From NCBI GenBank assembly GCA_965153285.1, contig OZ229111.1: a DNA stretch of 64,000 nt; one strand, 5' to 3'. The notes beneath the pieces were generated by a model. That model was not told where the DNA came from, ran no database searches, and saw only the letters and a list, made by a program, of their open reading frames with translations. Positions 23,844 to 38,778 of the stretch are shown piece after piece; position 1 is the first letter of the stretch; every line of letters begins with the position of its first letter. The DNA is from Podarcis tiliguerta. Its lineage: Eukaryota. Position numbers and translations under genes: made by a program.

Positions 23844-26800
23844 ACTGAGCCTGTACAAGTAATCCTCTGGAACTAATGTAATTGGAAACCTTAATGAAAT
23901 CAGGCTACAATCCTGAATGCATAAATGAAGCAGGAAGAATAATCTGTTAGGTGGAGGAGTTTTTAATATGAACAAACCATTATCAGAAAGATTGCTATAT
24001 TTGGCTTTCAACATGATAATGTGTGCTTCACCTCACCACATATTTGCTACTTTATGATAAGGCATCTTCCTTTTACTGCAAGACCTGGCTCCAATTCAAG
24101 GTCCCAAAGAAAGTGTTTATCTCGCCCATGAGTTATGACATCCGACCAAGCCCCAGATGCAGCACTACAATTCATCTAATTGTGGGTTTCATCGTGTGAT
24201 TGGTAGGTTTGCAGCATATCAAGTGGTGCAGCACTGGGAAAACTGTTCATACCAGTCCCTCCAGAGGAGAGAGTCAAGGACTTTTATTAATTAACATTTT
24301 GAATTGTAGCTAATAAATATCCATCGAGTATTCCAGCTGGGCCATGAAACACAACAGAGATGTCCTTGAGACACAACAGCAGCTTGCTGCTGGCAGCCGA
24401 GAGGAATCTATTAAGCCACTCAGAACGGCAAGTCCTCTCTTTCTTATTATCCTTCTAGCAAAAGGCCAAAGGAAACAGCAAAGGGCTCACTCCATCCAGA
24501 GAATCACTACACAAGGATGCATAAATTAAGCCTCACTCTAATGTAATTATCAGGCACAAGAACACAAATATTGTTGTTTATTATATTTATCCATCCTAGC
24601 TGCTCAGATGTATAAAAGATTTATCTGTGAATGTGTGACAAGAGGTTTCTGTGAGTACCAATTAGCTTATCTTAAATTTAAGATTATTATTACAGCAAGA
24701 GGATAAGAAGACAAAGAAGGAAGTACAATTACCTCTCTCCCCCCCAAAAATTGTGCCTAAGTTTGTAATTCAGGCAACATTTTCCATTCCATCTATAAAG
24801 GTGAACACCTTTGTCCCAAATAAGCAAAAAGGACATTTTCTTTTAAAAATCGACTCCTTCAAACCACCACAAGCCCCCCCCCCCCAATTTTGCAAAAGAG
24901 ATATTCAATTTCTACTTCATTGTAGTTCAGCTTCCTGGTCAATTTCAGAAAAAAAACCCACATAGGAGACATTGAATGGGCTTTGAAGTGTTTCAATAAG
25001 GAGGAACTATTTGGAGGGTTTTCTGTTGAAGGGAGAGGTGGTCTTGGTTTCCACCACACAAGGACATTCGGAGTTGCAGCAGCACCTCTGAATATTGGAC
25101 TTGTGGATTTTTTGCATATTGTTAGTATTACAATGGAATGAATAAAACGGCATATAGTAAGGCAGGTCATATGGAATCAAAGAGAAGGTTAATGCAAGAA
25201 GGTTCAAAGAGCCAGTCCCCAAATATGAGTAGGTAGACAGATGTCAGAAAACTGTAAAGGAAGGAACAACTTGGGCTAGTGCAAGTATTTATCTGCATGT
25301 GGGATCTAAAAGAAATTCCACATACAGTAGAGAGAAATCTAGCACATACAAACTCCATGGTCAAGAGCAAGACTGCATATACTCGAGACTTGGTCTTGTT
25401 TGTGCAGTAAAAATGAAGTCTGGGCAGGCTCTGAACAAATGCCTCTTCAAAATCTAACCCCTCCTGTCTACAGTATAGAGCACTGAGGTTCTATAAAGGT
25501 TTTAACAAAAGCCCACAGCATACACCCACTTCCAGAATGATGCAGAAGCTATGCATGATGCAGGCCTGTCTTCAACTTATGTCTTTCATTGCATTAGTTG
25601 ATGAATTAGCAAAGGGACATAGGGTTAATGGGCAAAGACATCTTAAATGCAGGATGGATAGAAACACAGGCTGACAGCATGTTATTAGTTAATGGGTACT
25701 AAGCCCTTGCACCAATCTAATCAACTAACTGGCAGTCATAAAAGAAACTACGACAAGCCAAGACGTCAAGAGAAATCAAAGAGGAAAAGCAACAACAATA
25801 TGCGCCCAAAGGCAAATGGAAACATAAAGCCTGCCTGTATTGAAAGAGAACAACCCTTTGCGGCCAACTTGGGTGCTGAAAGACTCCATGTTCTAACACA
25901 GATAATGACAGAACTCTCTCTTCTCATTCCTCTGAAATACACATTTCTCCATGTCAACTTGCACAATCTATATCTTTGCATAATTATGTGTTCTAGTGTC
26001 ATACAAAGACAGAAATGAGATAGTGGTTGGTGTCTTATGCTCTGAATCCTCAACAAAAGAGCTTCTGGCCTCAAGCAGCTCATAGTCACAAGACCGTGTT
26101 ACGTCATGCAGGGAAAAAAGAGAGAGATTGCTGATGTTCCTTGTTTTGGGTGGAAAACAAACATGTGGTTACTGTTTGTCAGAATAAATTGCTCAAGAAA
26201 CTGGCAACAGGAAAACAGATTTTGCTTGGGGTTGCTCCTAAATTTTAAAAACCCACTACAGGCTGTTAGGCAACCTCCATTGCTCTGGGTAGAGAAAAGC
26301 ATCTCTGACAGCTTACTGTGCATTTCTGTAAAGTTATGTGGTTGTGTGTAATTAAGTCCTATCAGGTGAAATAAGTCACATCAGCCATATGGCTCTACTC
26401 TGAGTATGACTCAGATGGATATATCCTATGATGTTTACTATCCGACTATGAAAGTTCAAAGGCCAGTGATACTGAACAGAACAGATATGGATAATCCTTT
26501 GTATGCCTGTAAAAATCAGTTTTCTTTATTCTTCGCAGCTAAAATTATCTAGGCAAGTGGCTAGCATGTATGATGTATTCTATTCTGTATTTTATTTTGT
26601 TGTAAACCAGTTGAATCTAGGATTATAGGTGATTCACAAATATTTTACATAAATAATAAATAATAAGGATGATGAAAGTGACACACATGATTACGGTGAG
26701 GGAAGGCAGGCAGCAAGATAATCACTTACTGAATAAGGGAGTCTGCCCTTTATTGGGCTGTAGTACAGGACTCAATTAAATGCATTTTGGTACGGGGGAA

Positions 26801-27617
26801 TATAGAAGGAATGCATCTTGGCTCACACAACTTTGTTAATAGTTATAACAGAATTTGGTTTCTAGCACATAGCAGTTTCACTATCATATTATGTGTCAAA
26901 AGTTTCCAGTTACACTTAGAAAATTTCTAGGCAAGCTCTTAAAAGTTCCAGCTATGCTTTAAATTGTATTTAAGCATGATAGTTACAATCCATATATATT
27001 GGTTGTATGCACATAACCACATCTTATGATTTTGTAATTATATTTCATAGTAAAAGTTCAGTTTAAAAAATGTGGGCAAGTAAATGAAGGGAGTGCACCT
27101 CTATGTATTGGAGAAATTGACCTCACAGTGACTCTCTCTTTAATGAAGCTGTCTTTATTTTGATCAGCGGTGGGAAACTAGAACTCACCAGCAGGTCAGA
27201 TTTTTACCTCCCCCACCCCTCACAGGCCAAGTATGACAGGGGGCTGGAGCTACATGTCTATCACCTGATCTCACCATTATGCCAGGTGGTACTTTTTGCT
27301 TGCATGGATTTTGTGGATCACTTCTCAATGGGCTCAGCAGGACTGGGCAATCAGCTGACCATTGGGTCTTGCAAAGCCTTACGCACAGTGTTTTACATAC
27401 AGTTTGCAAGTGACTCTGATTGGCAGATGGCCAGTGCCAATAAACCCCTGTTCAGCTCAGACAGGTCTTAACCTCCCCTATACATGACATCATATATAAT
27501 GTCAGGTGTAGTTCAGGTTTCCATGGCTTGGCTGAAACGGCCTGGAAGGCCAAATGGGGAGTCCTGGCAAGTCTAGGCTCACATGCTGGAGATTCACCAC
27601 CCCTGAATTTGGTAACA

Positions 27618-27749
27618 CTGGATAGCTCACTTGGTTAAAGTTGGATGCTGAAAATGCCAAGGTTGCAAGTTTGATACCCATATGGAACAGCTGCATATTC
27701 CTGTATTGCAGGGGCTGGACTAGATGATCCTCAGGGTCCCTTCCAACTC
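27618..27749 (+). mobile_element. tRNA-derived SINE with a CR1-derived 3' tail
   Basis: A-box-like tagctcacttggttaaag, B-box-like aagtttgataccc, then ggggctggactagatgatcctcagggtcccttccaact, shared with the CR1 end near 33350. Confidence 0.75.
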
Positions 27750-27992
27750 AGTATGCAACATAGGCTGCATGTTTCTTTGACCTTCTAGTTTTCCCATTTT
27801 TTTCATTATTAACTTATTTTTGAGCTGCTTCATTCATTCTTAAATAGTTTTTTTTTAATCTGATATCTGTACTATATGTTCACTGATGTTATGTGACCGC
27901 ATACCTGATGTGTGAGGTTTCTGTACTCTGGAAAATATGAAACACAAATGCTGCTGTCTTTTTTTTAAGGAACAGGGTTGTTCATTGGCTAC

Positions 27993-27997
<5 letters not shown>

Positions 27998-28033
<36 letters not shown>
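27998..28033. repeat. (CT)n microsatellite
   Basis: About 18 units, about 47 nt from the exon 5 donor. Confidence 0.95.
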
Positions 28034-28036
<3 letters not shown>

Positions 28037-28078
28037 ATTTCTGAAATGCAGCTGTGTAAGCTACTTATAACAAACTTA

Positions 28079-28396
<318 letters not shown>

Positions 28397-29197
28397 TTAG
28401 AGCCATTCCACAGATGTAAAAAAAGAAAAGAAAAGCCAGCAGCAGTGTCCTAGCACTTTTTGCAACTAAAGCACTGGATTTTATGCATAATATTTTTTAG
28501 CACAATAAATCTACATTAATTTCTCATGCATTGCTTAGAGCCCGCACTTCTATTTATATGGAGATACTGCATTTTCCAAGTAAAGTTCTTTGTGATCACA
28601 ATTACTATTGCACATACTGTGAAGAGCCTTGTGATGTAAGTTTTATGGACCACTGCTGGATATTTTTGTGATGGGATGAAGGAGAACTGGCATAACTCTA
28701 ATATTTCCCATCCTGAACTATGAAAAATTATTTAGAGATTGCATGCTTTTTAATACTGCAACTGATACTCAACAATTGTACGGGGCTTAAGAATGTTTAA
28801 AGCATTTTGAAACCACGATCTTGTAGCCATCCTTGCTGACCTGCTTTACGGGATTCTTGTGTTGTGTCCCTGTTTCTGAGATGAGGGGCAGGGGCTGAGG
28901 ATGGCCCACCTAAGCCCCCAGCAGAGGCGAGATTCAAACTTTCTGAGTTTGATCCAGAGCTCAGTCAATTCCTGAACTAAGCTGCTTAATTTATTTTAAC
29001 ACTGTTTGGAGATTGTGGCCTTTCTACCATCCCACTGTTCTCGAGTGCAAAGCCAACCAGTTAGATGGGGAACTGATCACACTGTTGTTTACCCTACCTT
29101 AAACACCACAACCTATCACTTGGCATCTGATGGCATGAAGAGACCTTGAGTAGCCCATAATGTTGGTTTCCGTGCTACAGGAAGTGATCAGTTTCTA

Positions 29198-29337
29198 TCA
29201 GCCTTCCCACATCTGGTGCCCTCCAGATGCTGTTGGACTGCAAGCTCCATCCTCCTTGACCACTAGCCATGCTGGTTGGGAGTGATAGGAGTTGGGGGAC
29301 CCACCATTTCTAGAGGGCTACAGGTTGCAAAAGGCTG
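29198..29337. mobile_element. Degraded copy of the palindromic hAT MITE
   Basis: cagccttcccacatctggtgccctccagatg...caggttgcaaaaggctg; ends approximate. Confidence 0.7.
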
Positions 29338-32108
29338 GTTTATATTGTCAGCAATGCCATTAACTGCTTGCTAAAAATCAGAGGACCGTTTACAGAGCAT
29401 CTCTCAAACAAACAAACAAAACATCAAACAGCATATCAGTGCCTCAAAATTAACTCCAATGCTTTGGATGGAAGCTAGTGTGTCATCTTAATGTTCCTAA
29501 ATATCCCAAGGGTCCACCACCCAGCCTCTGTCACATCCAACTTAAATCCGGACCTCGTCAGAACTTCCATAAACAGCATGTCAATCCTGTTAAATGACAT
29601 TAGCCTCTCACTCTCTGCCATTTCCCCACCTTGCAAAAAGTAGGTCTGTTTTTCAAAACTGGATGTTGGCAGCATAGTTCCAGGGTTTATATGGTCACTT
29701 TCAACAATTCTTTATCCTAAGCCAAATTTTGAAAATATAGGTAGGGGGAGTAGCTTTAATAAAACACGCTATGAGAATATGATTCTTGTTAGAGACACAT
29801 GCAAGTCACAGCAGAAGTGGCCCTGTTCATTTACTACTCAGGACAGCCTATTGCTTCCATAACAGAAGAGGGGCTTCATACTCAGAAAAACCTTTCCCAA
29901 GTTTTGTGTGGCATAAGACACAATTTGGAAAGCCGTTGTTACTTAGATGCACCTTGTATTTCCACCTACACTCCGAAAAGGCTCCTACAGCTTAATGGAT
30001 TCTGGAGGTGAGATTTCGGCTAACAGGCAATAACTTAATTGTCTCTGCAGGAACTTGAGGGGACAGTACTTGGAATATCAGTATTTCTTTTGGACCAAAG
30101 CCCAGAACACTTACTTTCCCCTTCTGTCTACAGGTGTTGGATAAATCAGGGAAATGATGCAGAGCAAGATCTGCAAAATGTTTAAGTATTCAACCTAAGA
30201 GTTTGCAGACTGAAATTAGAGAACTGAAGGTTTTACTATAGACAACATGATCTCTGATTTATTTTTATTTTTGTCAAAATGTAGTTCCTCAGCATTTCAC
30301 CATTCTTCATCAACAGCAGGTGACCAAATGATCCTCTGCTTATTATTCACCACAAGTTGTTATTTCTGCTTTGACACAAATTATTCCCATGTCTGGTGGT
30401 CTATCAACAATCTGATCCATTTTTTGTGCCTTGATATACTATCCTCCTCAATACTTCATCTCTCATTCCTCAATCTATGCTGCCCAAGAAAAAGTGACCT
30501 ACTAAGTACCAAGGGTTCATAAGAATCCTGACAAACAGCAACTACTTTTTATATTGTGATCATTTGGGCTGCACAGTATTTTCATTCACATAATATTGTA
30601 TTCTCTTCCTCTTAATGGCTCAAGGGAGGAGTCAGAGACTTGCCTGATATTCACATTTAAAGTGTTTCACATCTAACATGCTTACATAACCACGCTGCAA
30701 ACCATTGTTAAAATTACTTTTTACAAATCCAACCTGCCTCTTTTATCAACAAATGGACTTGCCTCTCTTATCAATAAATGTGATGTGAAGCAGTCAGTAA
30801 GATCATTTAGAATAAAACATTTTGCTTAATCATCACCAGGCTACACAAATACTTGTGATTTTAAAACTCTGAAATCAGTTCTTTGATCTCAAGAAATACC
30901 TGCTCTCCCAAATTTATCAACAACTCCTCATGTAAGGAGGGGTTCAATTCATGTAAAACTTTGGGAAATATGAAATGGCTGCTCTCTTATATGCTTTGCA
31001 AAGTTATAGAGCAAGAGTCCAATCCAAGATGGTTACCTCATAAGGAGCAAGCTAATTCAACATCTTCCCAAAGTCGTGACATATCTAAAACTGCTGTGGC
31101 CTTTTGGGAGTTGTATGCACCCCTCCTTGAGCTTCAACATTTACCATGTAAGAAATACTGATGAAACTGGGGCCAGTTTGTAAAAATATCCATAATTTAT
31201 TGTTTGAGCAGAACTCCAAAACCACAGTACCTAATGTGATCGGTATTATAGCAGTTTATTATGTCAGTTTGTAGTAGCTTCTGTTCACTGCAGAATGTAA
31301 TGAACAGTTTGCGTGCATATCATAGCTACTATGACTATTTGTACTTTTTTGTTAGCTTTAACCAAAAGGTTAGCATGGATCAGAACCCCTTGGTTATGGA
31401 GCTGACAAATTTAGGCAGGGCTATTATGGTGTCTATTTCCTTTTCTCCTATGAGATCATACAATATCTGGCAAAGTAAAGGAAGGGGCATACAATGCTGG
31501 GAAAGATGAAGAACAGACAGGCGTTGGGATACATGTCTATTCCTCTTCTAAGTTTGATGAAAGCCTTCTGAGGCATGAATTTCGTACAATGAACAGATAA
31601 GACAGTAGACGTTCATGTCACTGATGTGGGAGTTAGGCTGCTGCTCCCTAAATTCCTCAGCACCTGCTCAGAAGATTGATGGTTTGGGAAGTGCCACGAC
31701 TGTTGTGATGTGTGTGGTAAGATAGCCAAACGTTTTGTTCCTTATGAGGTAATTATCTAAGCAAAGAATCCTGGACTATGATCCTATGGCCCAACTGGAA
31801 GAGAGTCTTTTACTGGTCTTCGTGCCCCACACTTGCCTTTTTAAGGATTTTATTGGGTTGGTGTATATCACCAACATTTTATCTGTATGCCGCTATACTG
31901 TAGTTAAAACCATGCTCCAGGCAGCTTGCAATATTAAAAGGTTTACAAAATTTATTTATTGCCATGAATAAATAAAACACATCAAAAGGTACACAACCAA
32001 ACTGAACAATTGCCACATAAATCATGAATAATAATATCTAAAAATGAAGATACAAAACAACAACAACAATAGCAACAAAATCCCACTAACAAAAACTGTT
32101 AAACAATA

Positions 32109-32323
32109 CAGTGGTACCCCGGGTTAAGAACTTAATTCGTTCTGGAGGTCCGTTCTTAACCTGAAACTGTTCTTAGCCTGAGGTACCACTTTAGCTATTG
32201 GGGCCTCCCACTGCTGCCACATGATTTCTGTTCTCATACTGAAGCAAAGTTCTTAACCCAAGGTACTATTTCTGGGTTAGCAGCGTCTGTAACCTGAAGC
32301 GTCTGTAACCTGAGGTACCACTG
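32109..32323. mobile_element. Tc1/mariner (Tigger-like) MITE
   Basis: ta|cagtggtacc ... ggtaccactg|ca termini, i.e. a TA target site. Confidence 0.85.
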
Positions 32324-32552
32324 CATGTAGCTGCATTAGTTTAATCACCAGATTTCATTCTTACTGGGACAAATGTTGTTTGCAGTTAGTGATACTGCTA
32401 GTTCTCTTTGTTTAGTGAAGTTATTTTTGTGTGTTTTATGGTTTTCAATTTAGTACTCATTATACATTGTAGATCCACATGTTAGAAGTCTGACCTTAAA
32501 ACGTAGCCTACAAATATTTCAGATAGATAAATAATTGTAGCAGCCAGTGTTT

Positions 32553-32679
32553 CCAGTGTGGTGTAGTGGTTAAGTGCGGTAGTCTCGTAATCTGGGGAAC
32601 CGGGTTCGCGTCTCCGTTCCTCCACATGCAGCTGCTGGGTGACCTTGGGCTGGTCACACCCAAACTCTTCTTCTTCTTC
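32553..32679 (+). mobile_element. Squam3-like tRNA/CORE SINE with an internal deletion
   Basis: Head ccagtgtggtgtagtggttaag...gggttcgcg, CORE-like gctgggtgaccttgggc, joined directly to ccaaact(ctt)n tail. Confidence 0.75.
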
Positions 32680-32852
32680 CATGCTGGCAACAGAGGAGGG
32701 AAATCCTCCTCATAGCCAACGTGGAAGTGCAGTGGACTAGTGTCTTAACAGGTGGGAATTGCTTTCTAACAAACAGGCTGGTGTAGCAGGAAAAGGACTG
32801 AGGAATGAGCTTCCCTTTTTCTGCAGCCAGCATGCAAACAGGATGGTGGAGG

Positions 32853-32854
<2 letters not shown>

Positions 32855-32906
<52 letters not shown>
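32855..32906. repeat. (AAAG)n microsatellite
   Basis: Read directly. Confidence 0.95.
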
Positions 32907-32985
32907 CCATTCTCAACCAGCCCACTCACACATACCTCCATAGAACTCCTGGTCACAGCTGACATGTGTAAGAGGTGTGTGCCAC

Positions 32986-32987
<2 letters not shown>

Positions 32988-33048
<61 letters not shown>

Positions 33049-33081
33049 CGTGTGAGAGAGAGAGAGAGAGAGGGGGGGGGG
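32988..33081. repeat. Compound microsatellite (AT)n(GT)n(GA)n followed by a G-run
   Basis: Read directly. Confidence 0.95.
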
Positions 33082-33135
33082 AGATATTTTGTGTGTATTA
33101 AAAAACCAAAGCAAGTGCCCTGATCACCTGAACCC

Positions 33136-33406
33136 ATGTTTTCTCCTGCTCCGGAGGCTAGGAAACAAACCAGTGGATTCAAGTTACAAGAAAGGAGATT
33201 CCAACTAAACATCAGGAATAACGTTTTGACAATAAGAGGTGTTCAACTGACTCTCAAGAGAGCTGCTGAACTCTTCTCCTTTGGAGGTTTGTAAGCAGAC
33301 ATTGAATGGCTATCTGTCATGTTCAATCTAACTGAGATTCTTGCACTGCAGGGGCTAGACTAGATGACCCTCAGGGTCCCGCGCAACTCTATATTTCTAT
33401 GATTCT
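33136..33406 (+). mobile_element. CR1 LINE 3' end
   Basis: ggattcaagttacaagaaaggagattcc...ctagatgaccctcagggtcc...ttctatgattct tail. Confidence 0.85.
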
Positions 33407-34665
33407 GAAAGATTGTACTGGGAAATGATGCTTTCCCCTCCTTTCCCAAGCAAGTAAAGAAGAGGAGTGATTGTTGCTTATGCAGCTTCTGAAAAGGATG
33501 TGGTCGCAATTAATTCTTGTAACGCTCAGCATTTGCTGTATATCCACAAACCACAGTCATCTCTGTGATTTATTTATCTGTGCTCAGTTGGAATACAATT
33601 TTCCTCCCCGTGGTGGTTTCCCTTGCGAAAAGCATGGAAAAACAGCAGCAGATAAGTTGTACTGCTAGAGTGGTGTCCATATCATGGCAAGCCAGGCTTC
33701 CTTGTGTGAGCCTACTCCACACCCATCCTCCCCTGTTAGCAAATACAGGGTTAAGTGTCAGCTGTTGGAAGGCTAAGAGTGCAGTCTTGGTTACCTGGTT
33801 ATCATGAACTAAAATAAAGAAATACTAAGGCGGTTAGATCACATCTACAACATTATAGATGATAGAAAGTCAAATGGATTTGTTAAATTTAACGTCATCA
33901 ATAGCATTGTTTTGTAGGAGCCAGCTGCTGTCTCATCACCCATGGACTTCCTTCCTCTTTAAAAGCAAATGTGTGTGTACACAGGTGTGCCTATTTGGGC
34001 ATATTTTAACCTATTCCGTGTCAAGAGGAACAAGCATATCAGAAGCTGAATGAATGAAAATTGTATATACACATACATGTATTTCACACACATTTTACTA
34101 CAGATTATAAGAGCAACCCCAACACAAAAAACACACATATGATAAAACAAAACAAGCACACACACACAATTTCAAAGAGACTTCCCAGATTGTAGGAAGA
34201 TAATGATATCCTACTTATTTAATGCATTTCTAACTTCAAAAGGTTAAAAACCCAGAGAATTCAATATAAGAAACAGTTGCAATATAATTTTGATTAGTGA
34301 TATCATATAAATTGAACGACCACTGGGGTATCTTCCCCAGAAATATGGGGCAATGCACACTGTGCTTTTTTCTGGCTTAAGCAACCCTATGACCAACACC
34401 ACCACTCCCCTTCTGCAGAATCCAATGCAGACTTTTGACTTTTCCATCCCATCAGCCCCTAGTATCAAAAACAATTTGCTTTTTATACATGGCAAGTCCT
34501 ACCAATTCCATCCCTGCAGAACTGTGCCATTTCTTTGTGTTTTTAATTGAAAATTTTTATATGTGTTCCTGCACTAGCATGCACATGTGTACACCCCTGT
34601 TCCATAGGTGCTTCTTATTTCCTTCCATACTAAACTGAGAAGCATCTCTGTTCTAATGACTAGTA

Positions 34666-34928
34666 CATGGGTAGGCAAACTAAGGCCTGGGGGTCGGATA
34701 TGTCCCAATTGCCTTCCAAATCCGGCCCGCAGACGGTCCAGGAATCAGCGTGTTTTTACCTGAGTAGAATGTGTCCTTTTATTTCAAATGCATCTCTGGG
34801 TTATTTATGGGGCATAGGAAGGAATTTGTTCATTCTTTTTTCTTTTCTTTTCAAAATACAGTCCGGCCCCCCACAAGGTCTGAGGGACAGTGGACTGGTC
34901 CCCTGCTGAAAAAGTTTGCTGACCCCTG
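34666..34928. mobile_element. hAT (Charlie/MER58-like) non-autonomous DNA transposon
   Basis: TIR catgggtaggcaaact / agtttgctgacccctg; TSD gactagta / aactagta (7 of 8 match). Confidence 0.88.
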
Positions 34929-35582
34929 AACTAGTATAATGGGACTGAAGGAGGCAGTCTGAATAATATTCAAGTGAGATTCCATTTGAACTGAGCTATT
35001 TCAAAAAGGGAGTAGGCTAACCTAACACACTTTGAAACCATTAAAGGCAGTTGCTTTTTTTACGGAGGGAGGCTGGTTACCAACAAAGCCATCATCTTCA
35101 AGCTACAATGAGAGCAGTCGTCACTTGGCATGAAAAGGATTTTTTATTATTTATCTTAGTAAGCGCTGCTTTTTTCTGATGGGAATCAATGGTATGCTGG
35201 AAGGCAGGGCACTGGGAGGATGTGAAGAGTCTGCCAGGGCAAGGTGGGGGGAGAGACTGAAGACGTGAGAGGGGGGCACAAAGTGGGGCTTCAATTAATT
35301 GAGGGGGGACAGGAGAGAGTGTGAGGGAGAGAAAAAGGGGGGATCATTGTGAGTACCAGCACCTTCTTTTCCTAGACAAAAGCACTGTTATTAAGCATTT
35401 ATGTAGTGCATTGTAAATGTCCAAAGTGCTTCATTATGTCAGCAAAACTACTCTGTGGGTAAGTCTGCAGAGTAAGAAACATTCAAGGTCATCGTTGATG
35501 AGTTCTTACTCAACTGAAAATGCATTAACACAAACTATGGCAGCATATAATAAGACACAACAGAAAAGGTGACTTACTGTGT

Positions 35583-35705
35583 ATCCTGGTGCCCTCCAGG
35601 TGTTTGGGACTACAGCACCCAAACAGCCCCTGCCAGCATGACCACGGGTATGATGGGAATTGTAGTCCAAAACACCTGGAGGTTACTAGAGCAGGGAAGG
35701 CTGCT
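35583..35705. mobile_element. Degraded copy of the palindromic hAT MITE, about 70 nt downstream of exon 4
   Basis: ctggtgccctccaggtgtttgggactaca...gggaattgtagtccaaaacacctggagg. Confidence 0.75.
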
Positions 35706-35744
35706 GTACTGGAACCAGCTGCAAACAATGTATCTCAACAATCA

Positions 35745-35909
<165 letters not shown>

Positions 35910-38639
35910 TCATTAGAACCTCACTTCTCAAATAACTCCTTGATTGCTATATTTATTCAGCGGCTCAAGCACAGACATATCCCATAAGGGCACTCAGACA
36001 CATGGCACAGCAAATGTTACACTGGAAGAAGCAAATCACATTAACATAATCCCATGAAAATAATTTCATTCATAGCTGTGATTTTAGATTGCTGGCCATT
36101 CATTCCATGAGGGATTGTGGAAACTCTAAAAATATAAATTAGTTCTTTTTTCAAGTTCACAGTGTTATTTGTTGAATGCTTCTTCCCTGTTGGAACATTG
36201 CCCGGTTGATTTCAACAGAAATTAGTTATGACTAAGGATAGTGGAACAGGGTGTGTGTGTGTGCATTATCAGACAGGATAGAAATGCAAACCGATGAATT
36301 TTTATTTATTTATTTAAAAAAACCTTTTCAACTACACCTTTTTTTAAAAAAATACTATTAATGTTGCTCAAAAACTAGCAATTTTTTAAAAAAACCAATA
36401 AGAAATAAAACAGCAGTTAGCAGCAATCAAGATAAACAAACAAAAGAGAGAGATGGGAAGGAAGCCTAATCTGTTGACTCATACTACAGAGCAAACCTGT
36501 TTGCAGCAGGTACACCAGAGTTATATTCGAGTTTCCTGCAGCAAACCCAAGGTGAAAACCACAGCTATGTATTCCTTAAAATACCCCTGTAGATATGTGT
36601 GGAAGCCTTGATTGTAAGTATGTGTATCAGTGATTTACACTTTTTGCCACAGATATACCAAGATGCTCCCTGCAACAAGTGCACCTGTCCCTCATAACGA
36701 GTAAAACTGCTTTGTCCGGAAGTTCCTGCTGGAACAAAAAGGCAATGGTGATTCCAGTCCATAAAAGCTTGCTCCATTTTCTTTTCTGCCTTTTTGGATA
36801 GGTGACCACAAAACTGTCAGGCTTGTAAGGTGAGAATGTATATACTTTGAGGTGGAAGTAAGATGGGAGCTGTTCCTCCAGTGTGAGTGGCGTTGAACTA
36901 AGAAAGCCAACACTCCTTTTCATGTACACATGCACTGTATGTACTGCAAGAGAGAGGACCAACGGAAACATTCAAAGATGCTTACTATAGACAGGTCTGG
37001 CCCTAAGTGAGACAGTTGCCTCAGGAGGACAGAGCTTGGAGTGCCATGTGGCCTGCTACACTAGCCTGCTATCTTCAGCTGCAGTAGAAGAAACTGTCCT
37101 TTCATCAGTATTGGAATTCCACCAGTCCAGCTGGCTTCTGTATGTGCCTTGGGGAAGGGTGCCATATTGTCCTTCACCTCAGGCAGCAAAGTATCTTGAG
37201 CCAGCCCTGGCTGAAATAACTCTGTCCTTATCCATTTGAGCACATGTTTATGTCAAACTCTTGACTAGTAAGAGTTATCACAGGTGGAGGGGCAGACAGA
37301 CAGCCTAGAATCTATGTGCCCAATGAGCTAGCTTTGCAAATTCAAAGAAGAAATTATGATAGTCAAGTGTTTTCAAATTAATGACCGTCTGTTTGCCTTC
37401 TGAAGTTGCATGGCACCATGCAGGACTGTACCCCAATTGGATCTGATGACTCCTGAATGTTTGAACCACCCCAGGGAGGGAAGAATCTGTGTACAGAGCC
37501 TGAATGACAACTGCACAGGAGTTCCGCAAAGGAGTAACTTTTCAAAAAATATGATGTAGTAGAAAAGGCGTTCACAACTTTTTCTTCCAAGTTCAACAGC
37601 CCATATGAAGTTTCCCACCATCGTAGCTGCAGTTCTGAAGCAAGGAACATGGAAATTTGAATCAATCTGTCAGCAAGTCAAGCAAAATTGTGAAGAAGTC
37701 CTTCATGGAAAAGTTTAAGATGCTGGCTCCTTTCTTATATCCACAATGGAACAAATTTCATTATCTTGGGGGTGGGGCCCTTGTTTTATTGAGAAGAATT
37801 TTGGTCCAAATTCTCTGTGGCCACAAATTATAAAATGTAATGTGCCACTACATCAACTAAAATCATCATGGAATTTTCATTATATTTTTCCAGTTGGTAG
37901 AAACTGGATATTCCAGTAACTAGGGTCAGCAGTGCTTCTTTCTATATTTAGAACTCAGACAGCAATTGGGTTGGCGTCTCTCCAAGATTCACTCAGTCAC
38001 CAGAGTTGAAAGAAAATTTATAACTCACATTTTCTTATTGATGTGCACATAAAACATGCAAGCAATCAGAGTAAATGGCCAGTTAATCTCTCTAGCCATT
38101 TGCACAAGCAATCACAGTAATGCATGTTCATTTCTTCAACACATCCATGAACATTATGGCTTCTCTGTTTAATCCAGAGATATTGCATTCTTTTAAACTT
38201 TTGTGGGGTTTTTTAAGGCAGCAGACAATAGAGTAGGAAAAGCACAAGTGCTCTATGAGGGCTCAAAGAAAGCAGAACACAGCTCTCACATTTTTAGCTG
38301 GTGAAAGACACACCGCTATGCTTCCTGTACCAATTAATCTGGTCTGATACAGTTTAAACAACATTAGTGCCACATTTTTATTACTGTATGTGGGGCTAAT
38401 TAATGAGAACGGATCCTGACAAGACAAAGATCTTGTGGTTGAGTGGTCCCCAGGTACAGGACCTGGGTTATTTATCTGTTCTGGATTGAGTTCCACTCTC
38501 TCTGTAGAAAGAGGCATGCACTTTGGGTGTGCTCCTGGAACCATCTCAGCCATCAAGAGGCCCAGGTGATGATATCTGCAGCTCATAACACCTACTACCA
38601 ACTTCGGCTGGCACAACAAATATTCCCTTTCCTGTATAG

Positions 38640-38778
38640 TACCAGGTGCACAACCTGCAGCCCTCCAGATGTTTCTGGACTACAACTTCCATCAGCCCCA
38701 GCCAGCATAGCCAGTGATCAGGGATGATGGGAGGTGTGGTCCCACAACATCTGGAGGGCCACAGGTTGTGCACCCCCG
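38640..38778. mobile_element. Palindromic hAT-type MITE
   Basis: Arms ggtgcacaacctg...caggttgtgcacc; same core as 13017 and 18800; 8-bp TSD ctgtatag at 38632-38639 and 38779-38786. Confidence 0.88.
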
